A stretch of 64,000 bases of DNA, taken from NCBI GenBank assembly GCA_965223865.1, contig OZ245020.1, forward strand, positions 544,001-608,000, read 5' to 3'. This document shows, piece after piece, positions 48,848-59,518 of the stretch. This DNA comes from Nitrosarchaeum sp. Lineage in GTDB: Archaea; Thermoproteota; Nitrososphaeria; Nitrososphaerales; Nitrosopumilaceae. Each line of letters opens with the position of its first letter. The stretch's first letter is position 1. Both the position numbers and the translations under genes were made by a program. The notes below the pieces were generated by a model, which had not been told where the DNA came from, did no database searches, and was given only the letters and a program-made list of their open reading frames with translations.

Positions 48848-50104
48848 ATGCAAGACTCATCAATCTCAAAGTTTTTTGAAAAATCAAGAAAGGAGAGATT
48901 AGATATTGTTAAAAATTTTTCAAATTTATCTGAAGAAGAATTAAAAATTTTACAAGGTAATGATGGTGGAATCTCATTTGAAAAAGCAGACAAGATGGTA
49001 GAAAATGCAATAGGAACTTTTTCTCTACCTCTGGGTATTGCCACTAATTTCAAGATTAATGGTAAAGACTACGTAATTCCCATGGTTATTGAAGAGCCTT
49101 CTGTAATTGCTGCTGCATCAAAAGGTGCCAAAATTGCTAGAATAAAGGGGGGATTTGAGATAAGTACTGACGAATCTTACAGTATAGGTCAAATCCAAGT
49201 ATTAGATGTTGATGTATCAAATGGAATTAAAAAAATTCAAGAATCCGAAAAAGAAATACTTGAACTTGCAAATTCCAAAAGTAACACCCTATCAAAAATG
49301 GGAAAAGGTGCAAAAGAAGTCTCTTGCAAAGAAATTGATACTCCTTTAGGAAAAATGTTGATTGTTGAGCTCTTAATTGATGTAGGAGATGCTATGGGTG
49401 CAAATGTCACAAACACCATGTGTGAAGGTATAGCTCCACTAATAGAAAAAATTACTGGAGGAAGAACATTACTACGTATTCTTTCTAATTATTCTACACG
49501 AAGAATAGCAAAAGCGAAAGCAGTGTTTGATAAAGATGCAGTTGGTGGAGAAGAAGTTGTTGATAATATTTTGATGGCATTTGAATTTGCCGATAATGAT
49601 GTTTACAGAGCTGTAACTCATAACAAAGGGATAATGAATGGAACAATTGCAGTTGCAAATGCAACTGGACAAGATAGTAGAGCGATAGAAGCTAGTGCCA
49701 ATGCTTACGCTGCTAGATCTGGACAGTATAGATCCTTGAGCAAATGGACTAAAGATAAAGAAGGAAATCTTGTTGGACACTTAGAATTGCCACTTTCAGT
49801 TGGTATTATAGGAGGAATAGCAAATGTTCATCCAATAGCAAAAATTTGTACAAAAATACTAGGAGTTACCTCTGCTAAAGAATTGGCAGGCGTAATGACT
49901 GCAACTGGACTGGCACAAAACTATAGTGCAATCAGAGCATTGGCCACTGAAGGAATTCAGAAAGGACATATGCGGTTGCATGCTAGGAATCTAGCTGCAG
50001 CTGCAGGCGCTAAACCTGAACAGATTGATCAAATTGTCCAAAAAATGATTGAAGAAAAGAAAATTTCTCTTGACAATGCCAAAGAATTGTTAGAGCAAAT
50101 TTAA
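48848..50104 (+). CDS. mvaA: Hydroxymethylglutaryl-CoA reductase, class II
   Basis: ENAIG, EEPSVIAA, DAMGAN, THNKG, GIQKGHMRLH motifs. Confidence 0.95.
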   Translation: MQDSSISKFFEKSRKERLDIVKNFSNLSEEELKILQGNDGGISFEKADKMVENAIGTFSLPLGIATNFKINGKDYVIPMVIEEPSVIAAASKGAKIARIKGGFEISTDESYSIGQIQVLDVDVSNGIKKIQESEKEILELANSKSNTLSKMGKGAKEVSCKEIDTPLGKMLIVELLIDVGDAMGANVTNTMCEGIAPLIEKITGGRTLLRILSNYSTRRIAKAKAVFDKDAVGGEEVVDNILMAFEFADNDVYRAVTHNKGIMNGTIAVANATGQDSRAIEASANAYAARSGQYRSLSKWTKDKEGNLVGHLELPLSVGIIGGIANVHPIAKICTKILGVTSAKELAGVMTATGLAQNYSAIRALATEGIQKGHMRLHARNLAAAAGAKPEQIDQIVQKMIEEKKISLDNAKELLEQI

Positions 50105-50142
50105 ACATCCAATTATATAGATAAAAAATGAAAACCCAAACT

Positions 50143-51120
50143 ATGTCTCAAGTAAAATTTGCAATACCAAAAGGTAGTCTAGAGGAGGCTACTTTTAAAA
50201 TACTAGAAAAATCCTGGACTAAAGTTAATAGAAAAAGTAGAACCTATCGTGTTTATCTTGATGATCCAAATATTATTGTAAAAATGCTAAGACCTCAGGA
50301 AATTCCTACCCTAGTTTCAGAAGGACTCTATGATGTTGGGATTACTGGAAAGGATTGGGTTGGAGAAACTAAAGCAGACGTTGAACCAATTTTAGATTTA
50401 GAGTATGGAAAAATCAGACTAGTGATAGCATTTCCTGACAAATATAATTACAAAAATCTTGATTCAATGATTGCAGATTACGCAAAAAAGAAAAAAATTC
50501 TACGGATCTCATCAGAATATCTTACTACAGCTGCCAAATTTTTAAAACAATGCAAATCATACAAAAAATATTTTGGAAACAAAGAACCATTGATAGTAAC
50601 TCCATGGGTTAGATTAGGTTCTAACAAAGATGTCCAAATTCATTTATCCTTTGGTGCAACAGAGGCAAAACCTCCAGAGGATGTAGATGCAATCATGGAT
50701 GTCACTGAAACAGGCACTACACTAAAGCAAAATAAATTAAAAATCATAGATGAAGTTCTAACATCTACTGCACACTTGATAGTAAACAAAAAATCTCTCA
50801 AGGATCCTAAAAAAAGAGAAAAAATATTTGATATCATTACTTTAATGCGAGGTGCAGTACATGGAAGAAAGTATCTTCATATTTACCTAAATGTAGAAGA
50901 AAAAAATCTCAAGAAATTATTATCTCAGATGCCCTCTCTGAAAACCCCTACAATCAGTCCCCTTAGCGAAGATGGATGGTATGGAGTGAATACTGTAATC
51001 AAAAAAGATGAATTTCACAAACTTATCCCGAAAATGAGAAAAATTGCACAGGGATTGGTTGTTCATGAGCCTCGTCAGATACTGGAATTAGAGGAGATAA
51101 AGCGTGATGAAGAGAATTGA
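50143..51120 (+). CDS. hisG: ATP phosphoribosyltransferase (long form)
   Basis: AIPKGSL, RPQEIP, GATE, ETGTTL, PTISPL motifs; alternative ATG at 50128. Confidence 0.95.
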   Translation: MSQVKFAIPKGSLEEATFKILEKSWTKVNRKSRTYRVYLDDPNIIVKMLRPQEIPTLVSEGLYDVGITGKDWVGETKADVEPILDLEYGKIRLVIAFPDKYNYKNLDSMIADYAKKKKILRISSEYLTTAAKFLKQCKSYKKYFGNKEPLIVTPWVRLGSNKDVQIHLSFGATEAKPPEDVDAIMDVTETGTTLKQNKLKIIDEVLTSTAHLIVNKKSLKDPKKREKIFDIITLMRGAVHGRKYLHIYLNVEEKNLKKLLSQMPSLKTPTISPLSEDGWYGVNTVIKKDEFHKLIPKMRKIAQGLVVHEPRQILELEEIKRDEEN

Positions 51121-52391
51121 TGAAGATAATACGCGTATCTGATATTGAAAACTTTGTAGACAAAGTTTCTCCAAAACAACCTCAAAAAAATAAATCTATA
51201 ATAGAACCAATCCTAAAAAATGTTAAAAAAAAAGGCGACTCTGCTATCAGAAAATACGAAAAAAAATTCAATAATGTTAACCTTACTGCATTACAAGTAA
51301 CCAAAAATGAAATCATTTCTGCATATTCTAAAACAAGTAAAGATCAAATCCAAGCAATCAAAATGGCAAAAAACAGGATTCAAAAAACTGAAACTGCGGT
51401 AAGATCAATATTAAAAAACCAAACTATTAAAACAGATGGCATAAAAATTTCAAAAAAATTTTTACCTATCAAGAGTACTGGCTGCTACATTCCAGGAGGA
51501 TTAGCAAAATATCCAAGTTCTGCAGTGATGTCTGTAATTCCTGCAAAGGTGGCTGGAGTTAAAAGAATTGTAGTTGTATCTCCTCCTGATTCTGATGGAA
51601 AAATAGATCCTCTTACAATTGTTGCAGCAGATATTTGTGGTGCAACTGAGATTTACAAGGTGGGTGGAGCTCACGCAATTGCAGCATTATCATATGGAAC
51701 AAAATCAATTTCCAAAGTTGACAAGATTGTGGGACCTGGAGGCGCATTTGTGACAAATGCAAAATCTTTGATAAGTAGTAGAACCTCAATTGATATGTTA
51801 GCTGGACCCACAGAATTAGGAATAGTTGCAGATTCTTCTGCAAATCCAAAATATGTTGCACTAGATCTTATTTCTCAATCTGAACACAGTAAGGATACTT
51901 TTTGTTATTTAATTACAAATTCTGAAAAATTAGCAAAATCCGTTAACAAAATCGTGTCGGAACTTATCCCAAAAATTAAAAGAAGTGATCTTGTTAAAAC
52001 AAGTCTTAAACAGAATGGGTTTATTGCTATTTGTAAGAATAGATCTGAAATGATTAAACTTGCAAATGAGTTGGCACCTGAACACTTACAGGTAATGACT
52101 AGAAATCCACAAAATTTATCATCTAAAATAACTTCCCCCGGATTAATTCTTTTAGGAAACGAGACTCCCTCTTCAGCCAGCGATTATCTTTTAGGTTCAA
52201 ATCATATTCTTCCAACAAATGGATTTGGAAAGACTCGAGGCTCACTTTCTGTTTTAGATTTTATCAAAACAAGTACCTATGTTACAAATTCAAAATCATC
52301 CCTGAAAAAAATCTCAAAATATCTTGATATACTTACAAATGCAGAAAATTTGCCAAATCACTATGAAGCGGTACGTGGTAGATTAGAATGA
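51120..52391 (+). CDS. hisD: Histidinol dehydrogenase
   Basis: YIPGG, KIVGPG, AGPTE, APEHL, GSNHILPT motifs. Confidence 0.96.
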   Translation: MKIIRVSDIENFVDKVSPKQPQKNKSIIEPILKNVKKKGDSAIRKYEKKFNNVNLTALQVTKNEIISAYSKTSKDQIQAIKMAKNRIQKTETAVRSILKNQTIKTDGIKISKKFLPIKSTGCYIPGGLAKYPSSAVMSVIPAKVAGVKRIVVVSPPDSDGKIDPLTIVAADICGATEIYKVGGAHAIAALSYGTKSISKVDKIVGPGGAFVTNAKSLISSRTSIDMLAGPTELGIVADSSANPKYVALDLISQSEHSKDTFCYLITNSEKLAKSVNKIVSELIPKIKRSDLVKTSLKQNGFIAICKNRSEMIKLANELAPEHLQVMTRNPQNLSSKITSPGLILLGNETPSSASDYLLGSNHILPTNGFGKTRGSLSVLDFIKTSTYVTNSKSSLKKISKYLDILTNAENLPNHYEAVRGRLE

Positions 52392-53458
52392 AAAAGAATT
52401 GGGTTGAAAAGAAGGTAAAAGAATTTTTGTTGATTGGTGGCTATAAAAAACCAGAATTACATCAAGATGTTCTAAAATTAGATTCCAATGAAAATTATGT
52501 AATACCTAAACAATTTCAATCTGATTTAATTTCTACAGCTAAAAAAAATTCTGATGTAAGAGAATATCCACTAGGAGGAGTAGAACGTCTAATTCAAATG
52601 ATTTCAAAATTTATCAAAGTTCCATCATCAATGATTGGTGTTGGAAACGGCTCTGACCAAATTCTCGATTTAATACTATCTAATTTTGCATCAAAAGAAA
52701 CCAGGGTATTAACATCGAATCCTACATTTGGTTTTTTTGAAGAAAGATGTAAATTGTATTCTATACCAATAATTACAATTCCATTTTCAAACAACATGAC
52801 TCTGGATATTCAAGAATTTCTAAAGCAATCAAAAAATGCTGATATTTTGTATTTAGATACTCCAAATAATCCAACAGGTTTTCAGTTCTCAAAACCCGAT
52901 TTAACAAAATTAGTAAAATCATTTAATGGATTGGTGATAATTGATGAAGCATATGGTGAATTTAGCGATTATTCTTTGTCAAGTATGGTAAAAACCCAAA
53001 ATAACCTAGTTGTTGTTCAGACACTCTCAAAATCTTTTGGATTGGCTGGCTTGAGACTAGGATATTTTATTGCAAATAAGGAATTTACTGCGGCATTTAA
53101 TCAAGTACTGCAATATCCATATCCATTAACCACTTTAACTATCGAATCAGGAATTCTAGGATTAGAAAAATCAGATCAAATGAAGGATGCAGCAAATACT
53201 GTTAAACTAGAAAGAAAAAGAATTATTGAAAATCTAAGAAAGTATGATGCCTTTGAAGTATTTGATTCCAAGTCCAATTTTGTACTTTTTGATGCACATG
53301 GTTCCTATCAGAGAGTATATTCAGCATTAATTGAGCAAGGAATTGCAATTAGAAAGCTCGGAAAAATAGGAAAACACGAAGGATGCTTGAGAGTTACAAT
53401 AGGAACCAAAGAAATGAACTCAAAATTTTTACTTGCAATTCGTGATTTGTTAGGATGA
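52388..53458 (+). CDS. hisC: Histidinol-phosphate aminotransferase
   Basis: LDSNEN, GNGSD, PNNPTG, DEAY, TLSKSFGLAGLRLG motifs. Confidence 0.95.
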   Translation: MKKNWVEKKVKEFLLIGGYKKPELHQDVLKLDSNENYVIPKQFQSDLISTAKKNSDVREYPLGGVERLIQMISKFIKVPSSMIGVGNGSDQILDLILSNFASKETRVLTSNPTFGFFEERCKLYSIPIITIPFSNNMTLDIQEFLKQSKNADILYLDTPNNPTGFQFSKPDLTKLVKSFNGLVIIDEAYGEFSDYSLSSMVKTQNNLVVVQTLSKSFGLAGLRLGYFIANKEFTAAFNQVLQYPYPLTTLTIESGILGLEKSDQMKDAANTVKLERKRIIENLRKYDAFEVFDSKSNFVLFDAHGSYQRVYSALIEQGIAIRKLGKIGKHEGCLRVTIGTKEMNSKFLLAIRDLLG

Positions 53459-54426
53459 CTTTAACAAAACAATCCGATGGAATTTACATAGATGATACTA
53501 TTTTAGAAAATCTAATAAAATGTGATGCAATAATATTTGATTGTGATGGAGTATTAATTGATATTACAAAATCATATGATCTTACAATAAATAAAACAAC
53601 TCAATATATTTTAGAACATTTTGCAGACATTACTAATGGAATTACAATTGATTCAAAAATAATTGATGGATTCAAATCTACAGGTGGATTCAATGATGAA
53701 GTTGATGTCACATATGCTGCAATCATTTCAATTGTGGCTGCAAATAAACTAGGAGAAGATCAACATGATTTTATTTTTGAAGTCATTAAAAATGCAGATG
53801 TTTCTGGAATTACATCTGTTGAAAAATTTCTTGATAATGCTGATATTGAAGAAATTAAGGAAAAACTATCCTATCCTGGAACTCATCACAATAATCCATT
53901 ATACAAAATATTTGATCAGATTTTTTACGGACCGGAACTCTACAAAAAACTATTCGGTCAGCCTTCTCAGTTTTCTGAACTGGGTTTAATTGAAAATGAT
54001 ATTGTACTTTTTAATGGTTTACTTGCAAATAAGTTCAAAAAGAAATTTTCATCAAATATTTCAATAGTTACCGGCAGGGGAAAAGAATCTGTAAAATATT
54101 CTTTAAAGAATTTGCTAAATGAATTTAATTTGAAAAATTCGGTATTTTTAGAAGACGAATCACGAGATTTAGCAAAACCAAATCCAGCATCCTTACTTCG
54201 CTCTATTAATGGAATGAATTGTAGTAATGTCATCTACGTGGGTGATTCAATGGAAGATTTCATTATGGCAAAAAAGGTCACAGAAAAAGGTCACAACACC
54301 ATATTTTGTGGTATAATAGGAACAAGTAAGAATCCTCAAAAAAAAATAGAATTATTTGAACGAAATGATGCTAAATTAATTCTAGATTCTATTAAATTAC
54401 TTCCGAAGGTATTAAATTTAGAATAA
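53455..54426 (+). CDS. HAD-superfamily hydrolase, putative histidinol-phosphate phosphatase
   Basis: FDCDGVL, GGFND, VTGR, KPNP, YVGDS..D motifs; located between hisC and hisB. Confidence 0.8.
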   Translation: MTLTKQSDGIYIDDTILENLIKCDAIIFDCDGVLIDITKSYDLTINKTTQYILEHFADITNGITIDSKIIDGFKSTGGFNDEVDVTYAAIISIVAANKLGEDQHDFIFEVIKNADVSGITSVEKFLDNADIEEIKEKLSYPGTHHNNPLYKIFDQIFYGPELYKKLFGQPSQFSELGLIENDIVLFNGLLANKFKKKFSSNISIVTGRGKESVKYSLKNLLNEFNLKNSVFLEDESRDLAKPNPASLLRSINGMNCSNVIYVGDSMEDFIMAKKVTEKGHNTIFCGIIGTSKNPQKKIELFERNDAKLILDSIKLLPKVLNLE

Positions 54427-54452
54427 AACAAGTTACATCTCCTGTGAGAAAT

Positions 54453-55040
54453 ATGAAAACAAGAAAAAGTTCGATTAATCGTGCCACTAAAGAGACAAGT
54501 GTTTTGGTCTCTGTCAATCTAGATGGAAGTGGAAAAACAAGCATATCGACTGGAATAAACTTCCTTGATCATCTGATTACCTCATTTGGAAAACATGGAA
54601 TGATGGACCTTAAGGTCAATGCCCAATCAAATGACAAAATTGAACATCACCTAATTGAAGACACTGCAATTACAATAGGATTGGCAATAGACAAAGCTTT
54701 GGGAAATAGAAGTGGAATCACAAGATTCAGCTATGCATCTGTTCCAATGGATGAGTCTTTGGCAGAGGCATCTATTGATCTCGTAAAACGACCTTTTTGG
54801 AAAATAGCATTATCAATCAAACGAAGTAAAATTGAAGACATGTCAAAAGAAGATTTGGAACACTTTTTCCATTCCCTACTTCAGAATCTTAATAGCTGTA
54901 TTCATCTTACTGTAAAGTATGGAGAAAATGATCATCACAAAGTAGAGGCTGCGATAAAATCTCTTGCAGTAGCATTTAGATCAGCTTCTTCATATGACAA
55001 AAAACAAAAAGGAATTCCAAGTACAAAAGGTTCAATGTAA
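54453..55040 (+). CDS. hisB: Imidazoleglycerol-phosphate dehydratase (monofunctional)
   Basis: [29 protein letters not shown] motifs. Confidence 0.96.
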   Translation: MKTRKSSINRATKETSVLVSVNLDGSGKTSISTGINFLDHLITSFGKHGMMDLKVNAQSNDKIEHHLIEDTAITIGLAIDKALGNRSGITRFSYASVPMDESLAEASIDLVKRPFWKIALSIKRSKIEDMSKEDLEHFFHSLLQNLNSCIHLTVKYGENDHHKVEAAIKSLAVAFRSASSYDKKQKGIPSTKGSM

Positions 55041-55648
55041 TGGTTAAAGTAGCAATCTTTGATTATGGGGCTGGAAATATTTTCAGCCTAAAAAATTCTT
55101 TTGAGAAAGCAGGAGCTACAACAGATGTAATTACAAATTTTGATAAACCTAATGAATATGCTGGATTACTTCTCCCAGGTGTGGGTAATTTTGATCCAGC
55201 TATCAAAAGTATCAATCAAATCTCAAAAACAGGATTCCAAGATTTTGTAAATAATACAACTCCTGTTTTAGGAATTTGTCTTGGAATGGAAATGTTTTTT
55301 GAAAAAAGCGAAGAGGGTAAGGAAAAAGGTCTAAACGTAATTGATGGTGAAGTGATTGTTCTACCCCCATCTATGAAAGTGCCTCATATGGGCTGGAATG
55401 ATTTGGAGATAAAAAAACCTGGTAAAATTTTAGAAGGAGTTGATAATGGTTCATGGGTTTATTTTGTTCATTCATACAGGGCTAAACCAAACTCAAATGA
55501 TGTAATCACTGCAGAATCTGATTATGGCATCAAAGTTCCTGCCGTAGTTGAACAAGACAATTATTTTGGTACCCAATTTCATCCAGAAAAATCTGGTTCT
55601 GTTGGCAAAATAATGATAAAGAACTTTCTAAATGTGTGTAAAAAATGA
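55040..55648 (+). CDS. hisH: Imidazole glycerol phosphate synthase glutaminase subunit
   Basis: DYGAGN, PGVG, GICLG, PHMGWN, QFHPEKS motifs. Confidence 0.96.
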   Translation: MVKVAIFDYGAGNIFSLKNSFEKAGATTDVITNFDKPNEYAGLLLPGVGNFDPAIKSINQISKTGFQDFVNNTTPVLGICLGMEMFFEKSEEGKEKGLNVIDGEVIVLPPSMKVPHMGWNDLEIKKPGKILEGVDNGSWVYFVHSYRAKPNSNDVITAESDYGIKVPAVVEQDNYFGTQFHPEKSGSVGKIMIKNFLNVCKK

Positions 55649-56352
55649 AAATCATTCCTGCAATTGATCTAATGGCTGGACAAGTAGTTCGACTTTACAA
55701 GGGTGATCCAAAACAAAAAACAGTTTATAGTGACAATCCTGTTGATATTGCAAAAAAATGGGAATCGAATGGTGCTGATATGTTGCATATAGTAGATCTG
55801 GATGCTACTTTGGGAATTGGTTCAAATCTTTCTGTAATAAAAAAAATCTTAGAACAAATATCCATTCCTGTTGAGGTAGCTGGTGGTCTAAGAAGTGAAT
55901 CTCTAATAATGGATATGGCAAAAACCTCAAAACGAATAGTTATTGGAACTTTAGCCTTTAAGGACAAAGAATTATTAAAAAAAATTTTTTCGTCTTTAGG
56001 ACCTGAAAAAATTGTAATTTCAGTTGATCATAAAGATGGAAAAATTGTAATACATGGTTGGCAGGATGAAACCGAAATTAAATTAATTAATTCTATCAAA
56101 GAATTTCTTGAGATCGGATTTACTGAATTTTTACTTACAAATGTAAGTCGTGATGGAACTATGAAAGGGCCAGATTTAGAATTTCTAGAACAATCATGCA
56201 AATTAGAAAATGCTAATGTCATTGCTAGTGGTGGCATTTCAAATGTTGGAGATGTTATAGATGTAAAGAAGAAAAATGCATTTGGAGTTATCCTTGGAAA
56301 AGCACTTTATGAAAATAAGATTTCAATTGAGGAGGCAAAAAAATATTCATGA
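55645..56352 (+). CDS. hisA: ProFAR isomerase
   Basis: [28 protein letters not shown] motifs. Confidence 0.96.
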   Translation: MKIIPAIDLMAGQVVRLYKGDPKQKTVYSDNPVDIAKKWESNGADMLHIVDLDATLGIGSNLSVIKKILEQISIPVEVAGGLRSESLIMDMAKTSKRIVIGTLAFKDKELLKKIFSSLGPEKIVISVDHKDGKIVIHGWQDETEIKLINSIKEFLEIGFTEFLLTNVSRDGTMKGPDLEFLEQSCKLENANVIASGGISNVGDVIDVKKKNAFGVILGKALYENKISIEEAKKYS

Positions 56353-57152
56353 CTCTAACAAAACGAATAATCCCATGTCTTGATGTAAAAAATGGCCGAG
56401 TTGTTAAAGGTCTTCATTTTGAATCAATAAAGGATGCTGGAGATCCAGTTGAACTTGCTGAAAAGTATAGCAACGAAGGTGCAGACGAACTTGTTTTTTT
56501 AGATATTACGGCATCTGATGAACAAAGAGAAACCATAAAAGATCTAGTCCGAAAAGTCGCATCTGTCATTAACATTCCATTTACAGTTGGAGGCGGCGTA
56601 AAATCTTTAGAAGATGCAAGAAATATTCTTCTTAATGGTGCTGATAAAGTCGGAATCAACACTGGTGCTATAAAAAATCCTAAAGTAATTACTGAATTAA
56701 TGGAACTATTTGGTCGTCAATGTGTTGTAATAGCAATAGATGCCAAAAGAAATTACAACGTAAAAGAGGAACAAAATATTTTTTCAGAGAATGGTAAGAA
56801 ATTCTGGTTTGAAGTTTTTATTTATGGTGGAAAACAGGGAACAGGCATTGATGCCATAAATTGGGCCAAGCAAGCAGAAAAGCTAGGAGCAGGAGAGATA
56901 CTTCTTACCAGCATCGATAAAGATGGTACAAAAGACGGCTACGATATACTGCTTACAAAAAATATCGTCAACTCTGTTTCTATTCCAGTAATTGCCTCTG
57001 GTGGTTGTGGAAAACCAGATGATATAATTGATGTATTTAAGGAATCGAATGTTGATGCAGCTCTTGCAGCATCAATATTTCATTATGAATCTCATGGAGT
57101 AAATGGTGTAAAAAAATATCTTAAAGATAAAGAAATCCCTGTAAGATTATAA
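56349..57152 (+). CDS. hisF: Imidazole glycerol phosphate synthase cyclase subunit
   Basis: [36 protein letters not shown] motifs. Confidence 0.97.
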   Translation: MTLTKRIIPCLDVKNGRVVKGLHFESIKDAGDPVELAEKYSNEGADELVFLDITASDEQRETIKDLVRKVASVINIPFTVGGGVKSLEDARNILLNGADKVGINTGAIKNPKVITELMELFGRQCVVIAIDAKRNYNVKEEQNIFSENGKKFWFEVFIYGGKQGTGIDAINWAKQAEKLGAGEILLTSIDKDGTKDGYDILLTKNIVNSVSIPVIASGGCGKPDDIIDVFKESNVDAALAASIFHYESHGVNGVKKYLKDKEIPVRL

Positions 57153-57174
57153 AGCATGATCCTAAACCATTCTC

Positions 57175-57504
57175 ATGGAAAGATCAATTAATGATATAGA
57201 TTTTGAAAAAAGTGGTGGTCTGGTTCCAGTAATAGTTCAGGATGCAAACACTAAAGATGTTTTGACATTAGCTTATTCAAATAAAGAATCATTGGAGCTT
57301 GCGAAGAAAACAGGAAACTCTTGGTTTTGGAGTCGTTCTAGAAACAAACTCTGGATGAAAGGAGAAGAATCAGGCAATACACAAAAGATTAAAGATATTT
57401 TGGTTGATTGTGACTCTGATGCAATTATTTATTTGGTTGAACCATCAGGACCTGCTTGTCATTTAGGTGAACGAGTATGTTTTCATAATATTTTGGAAAA
57501 ATAA
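57175..57504 (+). CDS. hisI: Phosphoribosyl-AMP cyclohydrolase (monofunctional)
   Basis: SRSR..LWMKGEESG, DCDSD, ACH...CF motifs; 109 aa with no HisE domain. Confidence 0.95.
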   Translation: MERSINDIDFEKSGGLVPVIVQDANTKDVLTLAYSNKESLELAKKTGNSWFWSRSRNKLWMKGEESGNTQKIKDILVDCDSDAIIYLVEPSGPACHLGERVCFHNILEK

Positions 57505-57505
57505 A

Positions 57506-58084
57506 TCAACATACTGGTTGATAATTTTCTTCATCTCCAGGCAGGATGTCTCCTGTTATTCTGAATTGAATATCTGAATAATCTGTTCCTCTAAAAACAA
57601 CTCTCCAGTTTCCAATAAGGTCATCTACAGTACAAAACCCATTATTTTTTGAAAGCTTAGGTTCTAAATAATAATTAAAATCAGATCTTTTTGCGCCATC
57701 AAATGGGATTGTCAGATAAACAGATTGATGTGTCACGTTTAATGGTCTAAGAAATGCAACTTGTCCTTTTTCATCTTTATTTAATCCACCAATAACAAGA
57801 AAAATCTTTTCTCCTAAAACATATTCACTACGATCAATTTGAAATGGCCCAGAAGTGATCCATTCTCTTGGTTTAGGTGAATATTCATTTTCCAAATTAA
57901 TTTTCTCAATTTCATCTAGTTTTTTCTGAATTTCTGGCAATGACTCTTCTTCAAATCTTAATTCCTTGTCTAAGACATCTTCAAGTTCTATACTTCTAGG
58001 TTCTTGATTCGTAGCAAAAAATACTGCAATTATTATTACCACAACTCCAATTCCTATGGGTACAGAAATTTTTCCCTTGTTCAC
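57506..58084 (-). CDS. Membrane-anchored hypothetical protein
   Basis: N-terminal TM helix followed by a beta-rich soluble domain. Confidence 0.75.
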   Translation of the reverse strand: MNKGKISVPIGIGVVVIIIAVFFATNQEPRSIELEDVLDKELRFEEESLPEIQKKLDEIEKINLENEYSPKPREWITSGPFQIDRSEYVLGEKIFLVIGGLNKDEKGQVAFLRPLNVTHQSVYLTIPFDGAKRSDFNYYLEPKLSKNNGFCTVDDLIGNWRVVFRGTDYSDIQFRITGDILPGDEENYQPVC

Positions 58085-58303
58085 AGATCTCTTCTTCTAA
58101 AAATCTCTAAAAACCTTGCTCAAAATTGAAATTTTCATAAATTGATTCTTTTTAATTGATTTTTTCCAAAAATACAATTTTTCTGTATATTTTTTCTGGA
58201 TTGGAACAAAAATATTCATTATATTTTTTATCTCTTAAAATTAAGTATTACTTAACTTGATATTAGGATTTTTTATGTATGCTAACAAAGGAGAAAATTA
58301 ATC

Positions 58304-59518
58304 TTGGCTAGAATATCATTACGGTGTAGGGAATGCAAAAAGGACTACAAATCTACTTTCAAGTATATCTGCGATGATTGTTTTGGCCCTTTAGATGTAA
58401 AGTATGATTTTCCTTCGGTTTCAAAGGATACATTTACCAACCGTGAAAAAACCTATTGGAGATATTTTGAGCTACTTCCAATAGAACAGAAATCAAATAT
58501 TGTTAGTATTGATGCTGGAATGACTCCTCTTACAAAAGCAGAAAATCTTGGTGAGCAATTAGGACTAAAAAATCTCTATATCAAAAATGATTCTGTAAAT
58601 CCCACATTTTCATTTAAAGACAGACCTGCAGGAATTGCAGTATCTAAAGCAAAAGAGTTTGGAATGTCTGCAGTAGGTTGTGCATCCACTGGTAATTTAG
58701 CATCAGCAACTGCAGCTCATGCTGCAAAAGGTGGATTTCCATGTCATATATTTGCTCCAAGTGATATTGAAATGGCAAAGATTGCACAAGCATTGTCTTA
58801 TGGTGCAAACTATATCGCTGTTGATGGTACATATGATGATGCAAACAGAATAGCAGCACAAATTGGAGATAGTAAAGGAATTGGTATTGTAAATATTAAC
58901 ATGCGTTCTTACTATGTTGAAGGTTCTAAAACTTTAGCATATGAAGTAGCCGAACAACTTGACTGGCAAGTACCTGATCAATTAATAGTTCCAGTTGGTA
59001 GTGGTGCAATGCTAAATGCAATTTGCAAGGGATTTGAAGAATTACAACACATTTCATTACTTGATGATGTTTCCAATATGCACATGATTGCAGCACAACC
59101 ACATGGATGCGCCCCTATTGTTGATGCATATAAGAAAAATAGTAGTGAGGTAATTCCAGTTGAAAACCCTGATACCATAGCAAAAAGCTTGGCAATTGGT
59201 GATCCTGGAGATGGTAGATATGTTTTGAAACGATTAAAACAATACAATGGACTTGCTGAAGAATCAAACAACAAGGAAATTCTTGATGCAATTTTGCTAC
59301 TTGCAAAGACTGAAGGAATATTTACAGAGCCTGCAGGTGGTGTTTCAGTTGCTGTTCTCCAAAAAATGGTTGAACAAGGTAAGATTGATTCAGATGATAA
59401 AGTGGTGTGTTATGTTACTGGTAATGGCCTCAAAGCAACTGAGGCAATAATGCAAGTTTTAGAAAAACCAACAGTAATGAAGGCAGATGTTGGAGAAATA
59501 TCGGCGGTAGTAAACTAA
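58304..59518 (+). CDS. thrC: Threonine synthase-like PLP enzyme with N-terminal Zn ribbon
   Basis: CREC/CDDC, NPTFSFKDR, ASTGN, PVGSG, EPAGG, TGNGLK motifs; GGAG ribosome-binding site upstream of TTG. Confidence 0.85.
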   Translation: MARISLRCRECKKDYKSTFKYICDDCFGPLDVKYDFPSVSKDTFTNREKTYWRYFELLPIEQKSNIVSIDAGMTPLTKAENLGEQLGLKNLYIKNDSVNPTFSFKDRPAGIAVSKAKEFGMSAVGCASTGNLASATAAHAAKGGFPCHIFAPSDIEMAKIAQALSYGANYIAVDGTYDDANRIAAQIGDSKGIGIVNINMRSYYVEGSKTLAYEVAEQLDWQVPDQLIVPVGSGAMLNAICKGFEELQHISLLDDVSNMHMIAAQPHGCAPIVDAYKKNSSEVIPVENPDTIAKSLAIGDPGDGRYVLKRLKQYNGLAEESNNKEILDAILLLAKTEGIFTEPAGGVSVAVLQKMVEQGKIDSDDKVVCYVTGNGLKATEAIMQVLEKPTVMKADVGEISAVVN

